A DNA stretch of 59,967 nt from a virus (taxonomy: Duplodnaviria; Caudoviricetes): IMG/VR virus record IMGVR_UViG_3300030095_003814, positions 1 to 59,967 of that record; one strand, given 5' to 3'. Numbering within the stretch: position 1 is the first letter of the stretch; the number at the start of each line of letters is the position of its first letter. Made by a program: the position numbers and the translations under genes. Below, one piece after another: positions 1-8,184 of this stretch. Below the pieces are notes generated by a model. That model did not search any database. It was given only the letters and a program-made list of their open reading frames with translations, and was not told the origin of the DNA.

Positions 1-89
1 TTAAACATCTTGCGGCATTCTTGCAAATCATGGCTTTCGTTCTGCGGGACAACTTTTGGCTTTTCTTCTTTTTCGCCTCGGCGCTGTTT
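1..89. repeat. Terminal direct repeat, copy 1 (circular assembly overlap)
   Basis: Bases 1-89 are identical to 59879-59967; an ORF reads through the junction. Confidence 0.95.
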
Positions 90-554
90 AACGTCGTTTA
101 CATATTTGTTGTCATCCCATAAACCGAGATGAATATTCGCGCCAAAACCAAGCAAAGCGGCGCATTTTAGCATACCATCTGTGAGTGACTTTTTCGGCGC
201 TTCCTCATCGGTTTGAATGCCCCATTTGTTCTTGGTAACAAACATCGTTTGCCCAAACTGACGAACATAGCATTCTTTATCGTCTTTGATATACCAAAGC
301 TCGACTTGAACAATATGCACAATCTCATTGCATACTACTTTGTCGTTAACGATTATCGGCGCACCGTCAACATATTTTTCATCTGTAATATTAACACCCC
401 ATCCCTTGCCAATAGGTCCGAAAGCGTCAGTTAGCTGTTGCGCGATGTACGTTGCGTTAACGGATTTACCCTCGAACCCACCAGTTCTTTTGAACGGCTT
501 AACTCGGTCAGGATCAGGGTCGCCGTACTTATTCCAAAACTCTAGATTGCTCAA
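1..554 (-). CDS. Rad52/Sak-like single-strand annealing protein, 5' part (spans the origin; about 226 aa, ends at 59752)
   Basis: Not in the ORF track. Manual translation from TTG at 554: MSNLEFWNKYGDPDPDRVKPFKRTGGFEGKSVNATYIAQQLTDAFGPIGKGWG...DEEAPKKSLTDGMLKCAALLGFGANIHLGLWDDNKY. Lies directly upstream of ssb. Confidence 0.7.
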   Translation of the reverse strand, partial: MSNLEFWNKYGDPDPDRVKPFKRTGGFEGKSVNATYIAQQLTDAFGPIGKGWGVNITDEKYVDGAPIIVNDKVVCNEIVHIVQVELWYIKDDKECYVRQFGQTMFVTKNKWGIQTDEEAPKKSLTDGMLKCAALLGFGANIHLGLWDDNKYVNDVKQRRGEKEEKPKVVPQNESHDLQECRKMF

Positions 555-827
555 TTATTCCTCCACAAATGAACTACCGTCTTTCATCAGCAAGACATCG
601 CCATTTTTATTTGCAAATCCTTGAACTAGCTCGCCAGACAAAACAGAACTAACCGCAGGTGTGCGTTTCATCAATTGGCAAGCAAACTCATACCCATCAA
701 CAAACTCAATATTAAATTTGTCAAAAAACCTTTCTTCGACAATGCTTTCATCGTCGTTACGATCATCGTCTGATATACCAAGCATATCAGCGATAAGTTC
801 CTCAAAGTCAAAAAGGCACACAGACAT
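555..827 (-). CDS. Hypothetical protein
   Basis: ATG with GGAGG SD; abuts the recombinase gene. Confidence 0.7.
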   Translation of the reverse strand: MSVCLFDFEELIADMLGISDDDRNDDESIVEERFFDKFNIEFVDGYEFACQLMKRTPAVSSVLSGELVQGFANKNGDVLLMKDGSSFVEE

Positions 828-877
828 TTATTCCTCCATTCAAACAAGCCATATCATAACTAACACAGCTTGACTTG

Positions 878-1093
878 TCAATAATCCTTTTGCTTATCAA
901 CCAGATAATCGCGCATAATGTGGCACTCATTCCACACTAGCGCGAATGATTTTTCGTCTAATTCACAATCGCGCAATTCCGCCATGATCTGACTTAGCCG
1001 CCATGTTAAATCTTCGACTTTCGGCAGCATGTTTTCAGCATGTTCGCTAACTTTCCCTTCATGGTCGATTGCTGTATCATGTTTTGTTCCCAT
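878..1093 (-). CDS. Hypothetical protein
   Basis: 71-aa ORF in the minus-strand gene run. Confidence 0.6.
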   Translation of the reverse strand: MGTKHDTAIDHEGKVSEHAENMLPKVEDLTWRLSQIMAELRDCELDEKSFALVWNECHIMRDYLVDKQKDY

Positions 1094-1546
1094 TTTTCCG
1101 CGTCCTCTTTTCGCGCAAACTCTTTACGCTTGCCGTTAACTTCCGCAACCCAAAATACAACACTGTGAAAGTAATCATGTTCTGGTGTTATCAAAACTCA
1201 CCTTCCGCCGACAAAATAGCGTTGTTCAACTCGCGCACCAATTTCTTTGCAGCTTCGATTTCAACATCAATGACCAATGGTAAGCTATGCTGTGAAATAT
1301 CTATAACTCCATTTTCAAGCGTAACGCAGTATCTTATGCCATCATATGTAAATTTCCATTCACGCATTATTTCCCTCCTATAAGTGAGTTTATATGGTCT
1401 CTAATCTTAATAATATCATCCATTCCAAACACACACATAACTTCTTTTTCAAATGCATCCCATCTAAGAGAAATGCCCAACTCTTTATCTACTGACAACT
1501 CATCGTCAATATCCATGAAATCGCCATCAACGTCATAAATTTTCAT

Positions 1547-1969
1547 TTATCCCTCCTTTGCTGCATTAACACCGGCAATCCAAACACGCTCTAGCATATC
1601 GTTAACGCTGTATTTTGCCAAATGGCCCGGATATTCCTCATCTTCCATATCGCGCATTGCGTCGTACATGGCGTTAATCATTTCTTGTGTTGGTTTTTCT
1701 GGAACGTTAACCGTTAGTGTGTCGCCAAGGATTTGGTCTAGTGTAACGCGGCGGTTTACGTTAATAACTTCGCAAACATCCATCCACATTTCAACTTTAT
1801 AACCATCTAGGCCAACACATTCCCAGAATGAGAAATCTCTTTCAATATCCCAATCCCCTTCATTAAAATCTTTGTCAATGACCGAGAAAGCATCAATCAC
1901 ATCCTGACGCTTATCCTCTGGAACTTCCGCAGTCGGTATCCAGTCACCGGGTTGTAGTTTGAATGTCAT
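1547..1969 (-). CDS. Hypothetical protein, MTFKLQPGD paralogue family
   Basis: GGAGG SD; paralogous to 14195 and 15105. Confidence 0.8.
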   Translation of the reverse strand: MTFKLQPGDWIPTAEVPEDKRQDVIDAFSVIDKDFNEGDWDIERDFSFWECVGLDGYKVEMWMDVCEVINVNRRVTLDQILGDTLTVNVPEKPTQEMINAMYDAMRDMEDEEYPGHLAKYSVNDMLERVWIAGVNAAKEG

Positions 1970-2008
1970 TTCAATTCCTCCATTTCAGTTACCCAAAATC
2001 TAAACCCG

Positions 2009-2401
2009 TCAAATATCCGTGTCAATAGTTATTTTGACACATGCCTTTTCGCCATAATGCTTGCTATATCCGCCTGTGCATATCTGGCTGTCATCATGCC
2101 ACACAATGCCGTTTAACGCATCGCCAACAAGTTTCATGATGTTATCAAAGTCTGGCTTGCTTGTGTGCCAGTATGTTTCTGCCTTGCACTTTTTTGACCA
2201 CGATTTAGGGTGTTCAAATACAAATTCCCAATCAACACGCAACGGACATCTTAACGGTTCTCGCTTGAATTGTGACCGCGCCATTAACTGAATTGCATAC
2301 TCGGCATCTTTTGTTTTTTTCGGCGTGTAGGTGTGTGTGCGTGTTACTCTCGGCCTACCCTTGCCGGTTGGGTTAATATCGAATGTGATAGTTGTTTTCA
2401 T
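2009..2401 (-). CDS. rusA: RusA family Holliday junction resolvase
   Basis: Motifs KGRPRV...YTPKKT and KPDFDNIMKLVGDALNGIVWHDDSQI. Confidence 0.92.
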   Translation of the reverse strand: MKTTITFDINPTGKGRPRVTRTHTYTPKKTKDAEYAIQLMARSQFKREPLRCPLRVDWEFVFEHPKSWSKKCKAETYWHTSKPDFDNIMKLVGDALNGIVWHDDSQICTGGYSKHYGEKACVKITIDTDI

Positions 2402-2404
2402 GAA

Positions 2405-2433
2405 TTGATTTTACCACAAATTAAGTGTAAAAT
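2405..2433 (+). promoter_or_regulatory. Sigma70-like promoter of the displaced tail gene
   Basis: TTGATT-17nt-TAAAAT; spacer core CACAAATTAAG is shared with the promoter at 39731. Confidence 0.55.
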
Positions 2434-2452
2434 ACACAAAAAGGAACGTGCA

Positions 2453-2860
2453 ATGATTAATCTAGGCAACGTACGCAAAATCATCTGGCGAGAAGTGCAA
2501 TCCGCGCTTGATCCGTTCATTACAGATTTTGCTTTTGAAAATATCGAATTTACTCCGCCGAACTCTACAGCGTGGGCGCGAACTCAAATTATCCCCGGAT
2601 CATCCACACTAGAGGCAATCTCGCGTAATTGCGCACGGCAAGACGGAACGATTATTGTTGACCTGTTCTGCGCAGACAATACCAGCCCAACCACATGCCA
2701 TAACATGGCAGACGCGCTACAAGATCACTTTATCGGCACGGATTACATCGAAGGAACAACGCTTTTGCGCGTGACAAATTCCCGCGTTAGCGCAGGGTTC
2801 CTTGATGGCGCATATTGGCGATTGCCGTTTGATATGGCTTTTACAGCATACGAACGATAA
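2453..2860 (+). CDS. Tail terminator/completion protein (DUF4128-like), displaced from the tail module
   Basis: FENIEFTPP..TAWAR....PG...QDGTIIVDLF...ADALQDHF pattern; no equivalent gene between 39723 and 39912. Confidence 0.72.
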   Translation: MINLGNVRKIIWREVQSALDPFITDFAFENIEFTPPNSTAWARTQIIPGSSTLEAISRNCARQDGTIIVDLFCADNTSPTTCHNMADALQDHFIGTDYIEGTTLLRVTNSRVSAGFLDGAYWRLPFDMAFTAYER

Positions 2861-2938
2861 AAAAACATTTGACACGCCATTAAATAAGGTCCATATTCTT
2901 AGTCATAGAGGCAACCAAGTGAGGACTAAGACAATGAC
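2858..2938 (+). repeat. 81-bp promoter/SD cassette, copy 1
   Basis: 6 mismatches versus 7953-8033; TTGACA-17-CATATT, inverted repeat TCTTAGTC/GACTAAGA, GAGG SD, ATG. Confidence 0.9.
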
Positions 2939-3122
2939 CACTCAAGAAAATCTAACAAAAGGTTATGATGTTCTTTATACTCAAGTAAAGAGACACATGA
3001 CTAGTAATGAAATTTATGTTTTAGACATAGTTGCAACAAAAAAACGCGGAAAGAAAAAATACATATTTTCGTGCCAATGCGAACAGGCAACCGGTAAAAT
3101 TTTAAATTATGTCAGGGTGTAA
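2934..3122 (+). CDS. Hypothetical early protein
   Basis: Starts at the cassette ATG. Confidence 0.65.
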   Translation: MTTQENLTKGYDVLYTQVKRHMTSNEIYVLDIVATKKRGKKKYIFSCQCEQATGKILNYVRV

Positions 3123-3124
3123 GA

Positions 3125-3328
3125 ATGAAAAAGATTTACAGAGTTTGCGCGGTTGAATGTATTGAAAATCCGTTGCATCAGTTTTCTGAAAAATACGCGA
3201 ACATAGAATACTTTTGTGGCAGGTCAAAATCTTGGCGCGTCGTGCAAAATTGGGACAAAAGGTATAAGCTGTTGTGTCAGTACATTAAAGAAACCACGCA
3301 AGAATATACTGAATTTTACATTCGATAA
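3125..3328 (+). CDS. Hypothetical protein
   Basis: Coupled to the upstream ORF. Confidence 0.6.
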   Translation: MKKIYRVCAVECIENPLHQFSEKYANIEYFCGRSKSWRVVQNWDKRYKLLCQYIKETTQEYTEFYIR

Positions 3329-3333
3329 AACGC

Positions 3334-3362
3334 TTGCAATAACAAGCTAAATTGCATATTAT
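3334..3362 (+). promoter_or_regulatory. Sigma70-like promoter of the replication operon
   Basis: TTGCAA-17-TATTAT. Confidence 0.55.
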
Positions 3363-3365
3363 TTC

Positions 3366-3495
3366 TTCGGGCGGTGCTGCCCTTCTGGCGTAGCTTCCAG
3401 AAGATGACCGTCAAAGTCGCGCAAGTTTTCCTGCACCGCCCAAGCGACTTTGGCAACAAGAACGGTTTGACGGGCCGTGATGTAAAACTTGCGTA
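3366..3495 (+). ncRNA. Structured leader RNA candidate upstream of the replication initiator
   Basis: Four 8-10 bp complementary pairs plus an internal hairpin in about 130 nt lacking a + strand ORF. Confidence 0.5.
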
Positions 3496-3587
3496 GGCAT
3501 ATCATCTGATCAATGTATATAATGCTTGCGCCGAAACGAAAGTAGTGCGTATGAGTGCATTTAAATCTAAAACGGCGGAGGCTAATT

Positions 3588-4319
3588 GTGTCTGACGCTG
3601 GGTGGATTAAACTACATAGAAGATTGCTTGATTGGGAATGGTATTCTGATACTACGACTTTCCGACTATTCATGCATATTCTTCTAAAAGCAAATTTTAA
3701 GAAGTCACGGTTTCAAGGAATGGAAGTTCCTGCCGGTGGTTTTGTGACTAGCGCGAAGTCAATTTCAGCCGCTACAGGTCTAACAAATTCACAAATTCGA
3801 ACGTCACTTTCGAAGCTAGAACGCACAAACGAAATCGCAATCAAAACTACAAACAAATTTTCAATAATATCAATAGTTAAATGGTCTGGATATCAAACAG
3901 ATGACAATCAAATAGCAAACAAATCGCAATCAAATAGCAAACAAATCGCAACAGAAGAAGAAGGAAAGAAAGAAAGAAAGGAAGAAACTAATGGACAATT
4001 TGATTTAGGTGATGAAGGTGGGTTTGATGATTGGTATCAGCATTATCCGAAAAAAGAAGCTCGACAAAAAGCGATTGCAGCTTACAACAAGGCGGTTAAA
4101 CTTGTGGGCCATCAAACGCTAGTAGATGGGGCAAAGCGGTATGCTGATTTTGTGCGTGGCAGGGAAAAGAAGTTTATCAAGCAACCGGCAACATGGCTTA
4201 ACGGTGGATGCTGGGCTGATGAACTTGACGATGGCCCGAGGTTTAAAAGCCATTTGCCGTTTAAAGTTCCTGAATTTGAAGATGTTTTTGGCGATAGAAT
4301 GAAAAAAGATGGAGAATAG
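3588..4319 (+). CDS. Phage replication initiator / replisome organizer
   Basis: GTG with GGAGG SD; N-terminal GWIKLHRRLLDWEWY...LLKAN wHTH; C-terminal FDDWYQHYPKK...KQPATWLNG domain; internal iterons. Confidence 0.85.
   Translation: MSDAGWIKLHRRLLDWEWYSDTTTFRLFMHILLKANFKKSRFQGMEVPAGGFVTSAKSISAATGLTNSQIRTSLSKLERTNEIAIKTTNKFSIISIVKWSGYQTDDNQIANKSQSNSKQIATEEEGKKERKEETNGQFDLGDEGGFDDWYQHYPKKEARQKAIAAYNKAVKLVGHQTLVDGAKRYADFVRGREKKFIKQPATWLNGGCWADELDDGPRFKSHLPFKVPEFEDVFGDRMKKDGE
3826..3951 (+). repeat. Iteron array, probable replication origin
   Basis: CAATCAAATAGCAAACAAATCG twice at 3905-3948 (11-bp periodicity) plus degenerate copies at 3826-3860, inside the initiator gene as in lambda O. Confidence 0.75.
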
Positions 4320-4414
4320 TTTGAATGTCTTGGATCTTTTCGCGGGCAATTAATGATACCAATATGCAGTGACGTGTGATATTGATTCATCATAGGTCAT
4401 TGCGGATTGAGAAA

Positions 4415-4984
4415 ATGGACAAAAAATACCGATATGGAGAATTGAGAATCTGCATTATATGCGGGATGGAATTCAGACCAAGAGACAAGGGAACAAACCA
4501 GAAATGCTGTTCAAATACTTGTCGTGGGGCGCTTCAAACTAAAAAATCTATTCGCAAATGCGCCATCTGTAAAAATGAATTTCTCCCAAAGCGACCGACG
4601 TATAAGACGTGCTCGAGAAAATGCGGAACAGATTTTAGATTGTCTCGGATAAAACACGATCCAATGGTGGCAGTAAGAAAGCGTTTGGCTGTTTTTTGTT
4701 GTTCTTCCATTGCAAGATGCTTGAGGAACAAGACAGACAAGACTTCAAATCTTCTTGGATACACAGTCAAAGAACTGCGCGATCATCTTGAAAATCATTT
4801 TCAGGAAGGTATGACTTGGGATAATTACGGCAAGGGAAGGCATCAATGGAGCATAGATCACTCGAGACCGATATCATCATTTCCGAAAACAGCAACAATT
4901 GCAGAAATAAACGCATTAGAAAACCTAAGACCGATGTGGCACATAGAGAACTGTGCCAAGAAAAACAAGTGGGAGGGCCGTTAA
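4415..4984 (+). CDS. Free-standing HNH homing endonuclease with N-terminal zinc ribbons
   Basis: CxxC...CSxxC repeats; GMTWDNYG...WSIDHSRP...NLRPMW..EN..K. Confidence 0.85.
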   Translation: MDKKYRYGELRICIICGMEFRPRDKGTNQKCCSNTCRGALQTKKSIRKCAICKNEFLPKRPTYKTCSRKCGTDFRLSRIKHDPMVAVRKRLAVFCCSSIARCLRNKTDKTSNLLGYTVKELRDHLENHFQEGMTWDNYGKGRHQWSIDHSRPISSFPKTATIAEINALENLRPMWHIENCAKKNKWEGR

Positions 4985-4985
4985 A

Positions 4986-5705
4986 TTGCAGCAACTCAGA
5001 ACTATGCATTTATTTGCGGGCGCTGGAGGAGGGATACTTGCCGACTTGCTCATTGGACACAAACCAGTATGCGCGGTCGAAATCGATCCATATTGCCAGC
5101 AAGTACTATCGCAAAGGCAAAAAGACTGTATCCTTCCATGGTTTCCAATTTTTGAAGATGTCACAAAATTTGACGGAAAACCGTGGCGAGGAATTGTTGA
5201 CTGCGTATCTGGAGGGTTTCCGTGCCAAGACATTAGCAGCGCGGGAAAGGGTGATGGGATTGAAGGTAGAAAGTCAGGATTGTGGTCTGAAATGTTCAGA
5301 ATTGTTGGCGAAGTACGACCAAAATTCGTGTTCGTGGAAAACTCAGATAGGCTTGTTTCCAGAGGACTTGGCAGAGTTCTCGGAGACTTGGCCTCTATCG
5401 GGTACAATGCGGAATGGATGCGCTTACGGGCGGGAGAATGTGGGGCGAACCATGTTAGGCCGCGCTTATGGGTTCTTGCCTACGCCAACGGCACACAATG
5501 CGAAGGAGGGTGCATACCCCGCCGAGTACACACGGAAAACGCCAACTTTAGCTACTCATGCTGGGGGAAAGATAAACCCGGAGTGGACCGAATGGCTGAT
5601 GCATTGGCCCACAGGGTGGACAGACTTAAAGCCATTGGGAATGGACAAGTTCCAATCGTGGCGGCAACTGCATTTCAAGAGTTGATGCGAAGGATTACAA
5701 AATGA
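4986..5705 (+). CDS. C5-cytosine DNA methyltransferase, large (alpha) polypeptide
   Basis: Motif I LFAGAGG, IV GGFPCQDIS, VI FVENS, VIII H.RPR, X RLKAIGNG; motif IX missing; TTG start after GGGAGG. Confidence 0.88.
   Translation: MQQLRTMHLFAGAGGGILADLLIGHKPVCAVEIDPYCQQVLSQRQKDCILPWFPIFEDVTKFDGKPWRGIVDCVSGGFPCQDISSAGKGDGIEGRKSGLWSEMFRIVGEVRPKFVFVENSDRLVSRGLGRVLGDLASIGYNAEWMRLRAGECGANHVRPRLWVLAYANGTQCEGGCIPRRVHTENANFSYSCWGKDKPGVDRMADALAHRVDRLKAIGNGQVPIVAATAFQELMRRITK
5158..5685 (+). CDS. C5 methyltransferase small (beta) polypeptide in an overlapping frame (start uncertain; frame open from 4846)
   Basis: Contains TRD-like LPTPTA and motif IX-like KINPEWTEWLMHWPTGWT, which the alpha frame lacks. 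Confidence 0.7.
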   Translation: MSQNLTENRGEELLTAYLEGFRAKTLAARERVMGLKVESQDCGLKCSELLAKYDQNSCSWKTQIGLFPEDLAEFSETWPLSGTMRNGCAYGRENVGRTMLGRAYGFLPTPTAHNAKEGAYPAEYTRKTPTLATHAGGKINPEWTEWLMHWPTGWTDLKPLGMDKFQSWRQLHFKS

Positions 5706-5971
5706 AAATTGAAACGAAATATGATGTTATCGAGTTTGTAACAAAAACATACATTGCGCCAAAGTTTGACAGCGATGATCAATACAAAAACGCTTTATTG
5801 ATGTTTGAGGATGCGCTCAAAGATTGCGAATTGAAGCATTTGAAAAAATGTGTTGCAATGATGAAACGCGAACATAATTCATGGTGGTGGCCAACTCCTG
5901 CGGCATTGCGTGGTTGGTCTGGTGTTGAATGGTTGCCGCATGAGCGTGCGCAGGGTTATAGGGATAATTGA
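5702..5971 (+). CDS. Hypothetical protein, possibly helicase loader/inhibitor (G39P-like)
   Basis: WPTPAALR motif and position in the replication module; weak call. Confidence 0.5.
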   Translation: MKIETKYDVIEFVTKTYIAPKFDSDDQYKNALLMFEDALKDCELKHLKKCVAMMKREHNSWWWPTPAALRGWSGVEWLPHERAQGYRDN

Positions 5972-5972
5972 T

Positions 5973-6233
5973 ATGAAATGGAGCAATCCTGATGATGCAC
6001 CATACTATAAAGTTTTGCGGGCTAAAGATGATCTGGGCGGAGTATATTACGCGGAACGAAAAGCGCGATCATGCACTGGAATGTGCGTTCCGAGACGTCA
6101 AAAAATTCATACTAAGCATTTTCATGATGAATGGGTTATTGTCACATTGGACGGGGAGGAATTGCACGTGATTGAAGGATATACAACAATTCACCCTACT
6201 GGATGGAAATATGTCGGTGATGTTGATGAATGA
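5973..6233 (+). CDS. Hypothetical protein
   Basis: Coupled ORF. Confidence 0.55.
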   Translation: MKWSNPDDAPYYKVLRAKDDLGGVYYAERKARSCTGMCVPRRQKIHTKHFHDEWVIVTLDGEELHVIEGYTTIHPTGWKYVGDVDE

Positions 6234-6390
6234 CGCACTAGAAGAACGTGCCGGAATACTGGAATTTGACGCTGGACTAACACGATTTCAGGCGGAAACA
6301 ATCGCGGCACGACAGCACGGAATGATCAGAAAAGAGGCGTTCAATGAAAACGGCGCAAGAGATTTGCAGGGAACTTGGAATAAACGTTAG
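6226..6390 (+). CDS. Small hypothetical protein (EERAGILEFDAGLTR type)
   Basis: Resembles a short motif common in phage replication regions. Confidence 0.6.
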   Translation: MNDALEERAGILEFDAGLTRFQAETIAARQHGMIRKEAFNENGARDLQGTWNKR

Positions 6391-6724
6391 GTATTATCAC
6401 GGTACGCAGCGTTGCCCATGCCCACAATGCTCACCAAATCGCAAAAAGAAAAACGATCCTTGCTTGTCTGTGACATTCGACAGCGAAGGGGTTTTGTATT
6501 ATTGCCATCACTGCGAATATTCTGGAGGTAAATATTTTGACGCAACAAACGGACCTGATCGAATGGTTGATCGACAGCCGAGGTTTAGACGCTGCCTTGA
6601 TCAAGGATATGCAAATCAAGGTTCAGAAACACGACAAACTAGGGGACGTGATAGCATTCCCGTATATTCGAGCCGGAAAAAAGTACGCGGGGAAGTTTCG
6701 CAACGCCGCAAAGCAATTTCTTAG
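6344..6724 (+). CDS. Primase zinc-binding domain, encoded separately
   Basis: CPQCS.NRKKK.DPCLSV...YCHHC; GAGG SD. Confidence 0.75.
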   Translation: MKTAQEICRELGINVRYYHGTQRCPCPQCSPNRKKKNDPCLSVTFDSEGVLYYCHHCEYSGGKYFDATNGPDRMVDRQPRFRRCLDQGYANQGSETRQTRGRDSIPVYSSRKKVRGEVSQRRKAIS

Positions 6725-7955
6725 CACACAAGGCGTAACTCGCGGGTTTTACAACGAGGATGTGTTAGATCAATTTACCGATCAGCCGATTGTTATCACT
6801 GAGGGCGAGATAGACGCTCTTTCGGATATTCAGGCAGGCTTTTTACGCACGATATCTGTTCCTGATGGATGGACAGAGCAAGGAAATAAAACAGACATTT
6901 TCGTACAGGAAGAAAAGCGGCTTCGTAATTCTCCATACATTATCGTGGCGGGTGACAACGACAAGGCCGGGGAAAGTATGCCTCGTGCGGTCGCTAACGT
7001 TCTGTCAGGGCACGATGTGCGCTATGTCGTGTGGCCTGATGGGTGCAAGGACGCTAATGACGTTCTGCGCGAATATGGCGATGAAAAAGTAGCTGAATGC
7101 CTTAACTCTGCAAAACGTATTGATCCACCGGGCGGTTTAATTACGGGATTTTCAGACTTGCCACCAATGTCCGCAAGGCGTATTTTGCGCACTGGCTTGG
7201 ATTTTTTGGACGGTCGCGTTGCGCTTGAATTGGGGACTATTTCAGTTTGGACTGGTACGCCGGGTTCTGGTAAAACCACAATCGCAACATATATTGGCGA
7301 CAAGGTTGCGGTGCATGAAAACGTGCGCGTGGGCTTTCTTTCGTTCGAGACGCATAGTCACGCAACAAGGGATCATTTGTCGCTTATTCGCACTGGTACG
7401 CCATACGAGGAATTGAGCGTGGATAGAAAGGCAGAGCTAGAGTTTGAACTTGATAAAAGCTGGCGTCTTGTGCATCGCGCTGATGACGGTGATCACCGGC
7501 ACCATTTAGGATGGTTCGAAAGCATGGTTGATACTCTTGCCATGCGTGATGGGTGTAAATGGATTATCTTGGATCCGTGGAACGAGATAGAGCATTTGCC
7601 AGAGCCGGGCGAAAGCCTAACGAACTACATCAACTTTGCTCTACAGCGTATCAGGACAATTGCAAAGCGTCTTGAAATTCACATTACGGTAGTCGCTCAC
7701 CCTAAAAAGATGAACCAAGACTGGGGAGACCGTGCGCCGGGTGGATATGATATTGCGGATAGCGCGGCATTTTATAACAAGCCTGCACTTGGTGTTACTA
7801 TTCATAACCATGTCGGGAAAGATGGTGTAAAAACGTTAAGACTGCACACATGGAAAGTGCGTGATGTTCGGTCATACGGTTTCGAAAAAGGCAGCACAGA
7901 GCTTATGTATAACGTTGACACAATGACATATTACGGGGTTGATAATTTCCATTAA
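6537..7955 (+). CDS. T7 gp4/Twinkle-like TOPRIM primase-SF4 helicase (no zinc finger in frame)
   Basis: ITEGEIDALS, GDNDKAG, KDANDVL, Walker A GTPGSGKT, ILDPWN, VAHPKK. Confidence 0.9.
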   Translation: MTQQTDLIEWLIDSRGLDAALIKDMQIKVQKHDKLGDVIAFPYIRAGKKYAGKFRNAAKQFLSTQGVTRGFYNEDVLDQFTDQPIVITEGEIDALSDIQAGFLRTISVPDGWTEQGNKTDIFVQEEKRLRNSPYIIVAGDNDKAGESMPRAVANVLSGHDVRYVVWPDGCKDANDVLREYGDEKVAECLNSAKRIDPPGGLITGFSDLPPMSARRILRTGLDFLDGRVALELGTISVWTGTPGSGKTTIATYIGDKVAVHENVRVGFLSFETHSHATRDHLSLIRTGTPYEELSVDRKAELEFELDKSWRLVHRADDGDHRHHLGWFESMVDTLAMRDGCKWIILDPWNEIEHLPEPGESLTNYINFALQRIRTIAKRLEIHITVVAHPKKMNQDWGDRAPGGYDIADSAAFYNKPALGVTIHNHVGKDGVKTLRLHTWKVRDVRSYGFEKGSTELMYNVDTMTYYGVDNFH

Positions 7956-8033
7956 AAAAACATTTGACACACCATTAAATAGCGTTCATATTCTTAGTCA
8001 TAGAGGCAACCAAGCGAGGACTAAGAAAATGAC
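7953..8033 (+). repeat. 81-bp promoter/SD cassette, copy 2
   Basis: Near-identical to 2858-2938. Confidence 0.9.
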
Positions 8034-8184
8034 TGTTTATTTTTTGACTGGTCTGGCTAGCAAAAAGAAAAACCTTAAAGAGCTTTTTTTAGAAACAAAT
8101 GATGCCTGCACTGCTGATACGGTAGAGGATGTTTGGTCTGGGATGGGTTATAAAGTTTTGCGACGTGAGGTAAAAAATGGTTGA
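8029..8184 (+). CDS. Hypothetical early protein
   Basis: Starts at the cassette ATG. Confidence 0.6.
   Translation: MTVYFLTGLASKKKNLKELFLETNDACTADTVEDVWSGMGYKVLRREVKNG

Noticed and set aside
3369-3452. HDV-like (theta) or pistol ribozyme
   Set aside because: A nested pseudoknot is possible, but the P1.1 guanines, P4 and the usual catalytic junctions are missing; kept only as a structured leader.
4925-5407. 160-aa antisense ORF under the methyltransferase
   Set aside because: No recognisable motif or SD; probably a shadow of the doubly constrained sense frames.
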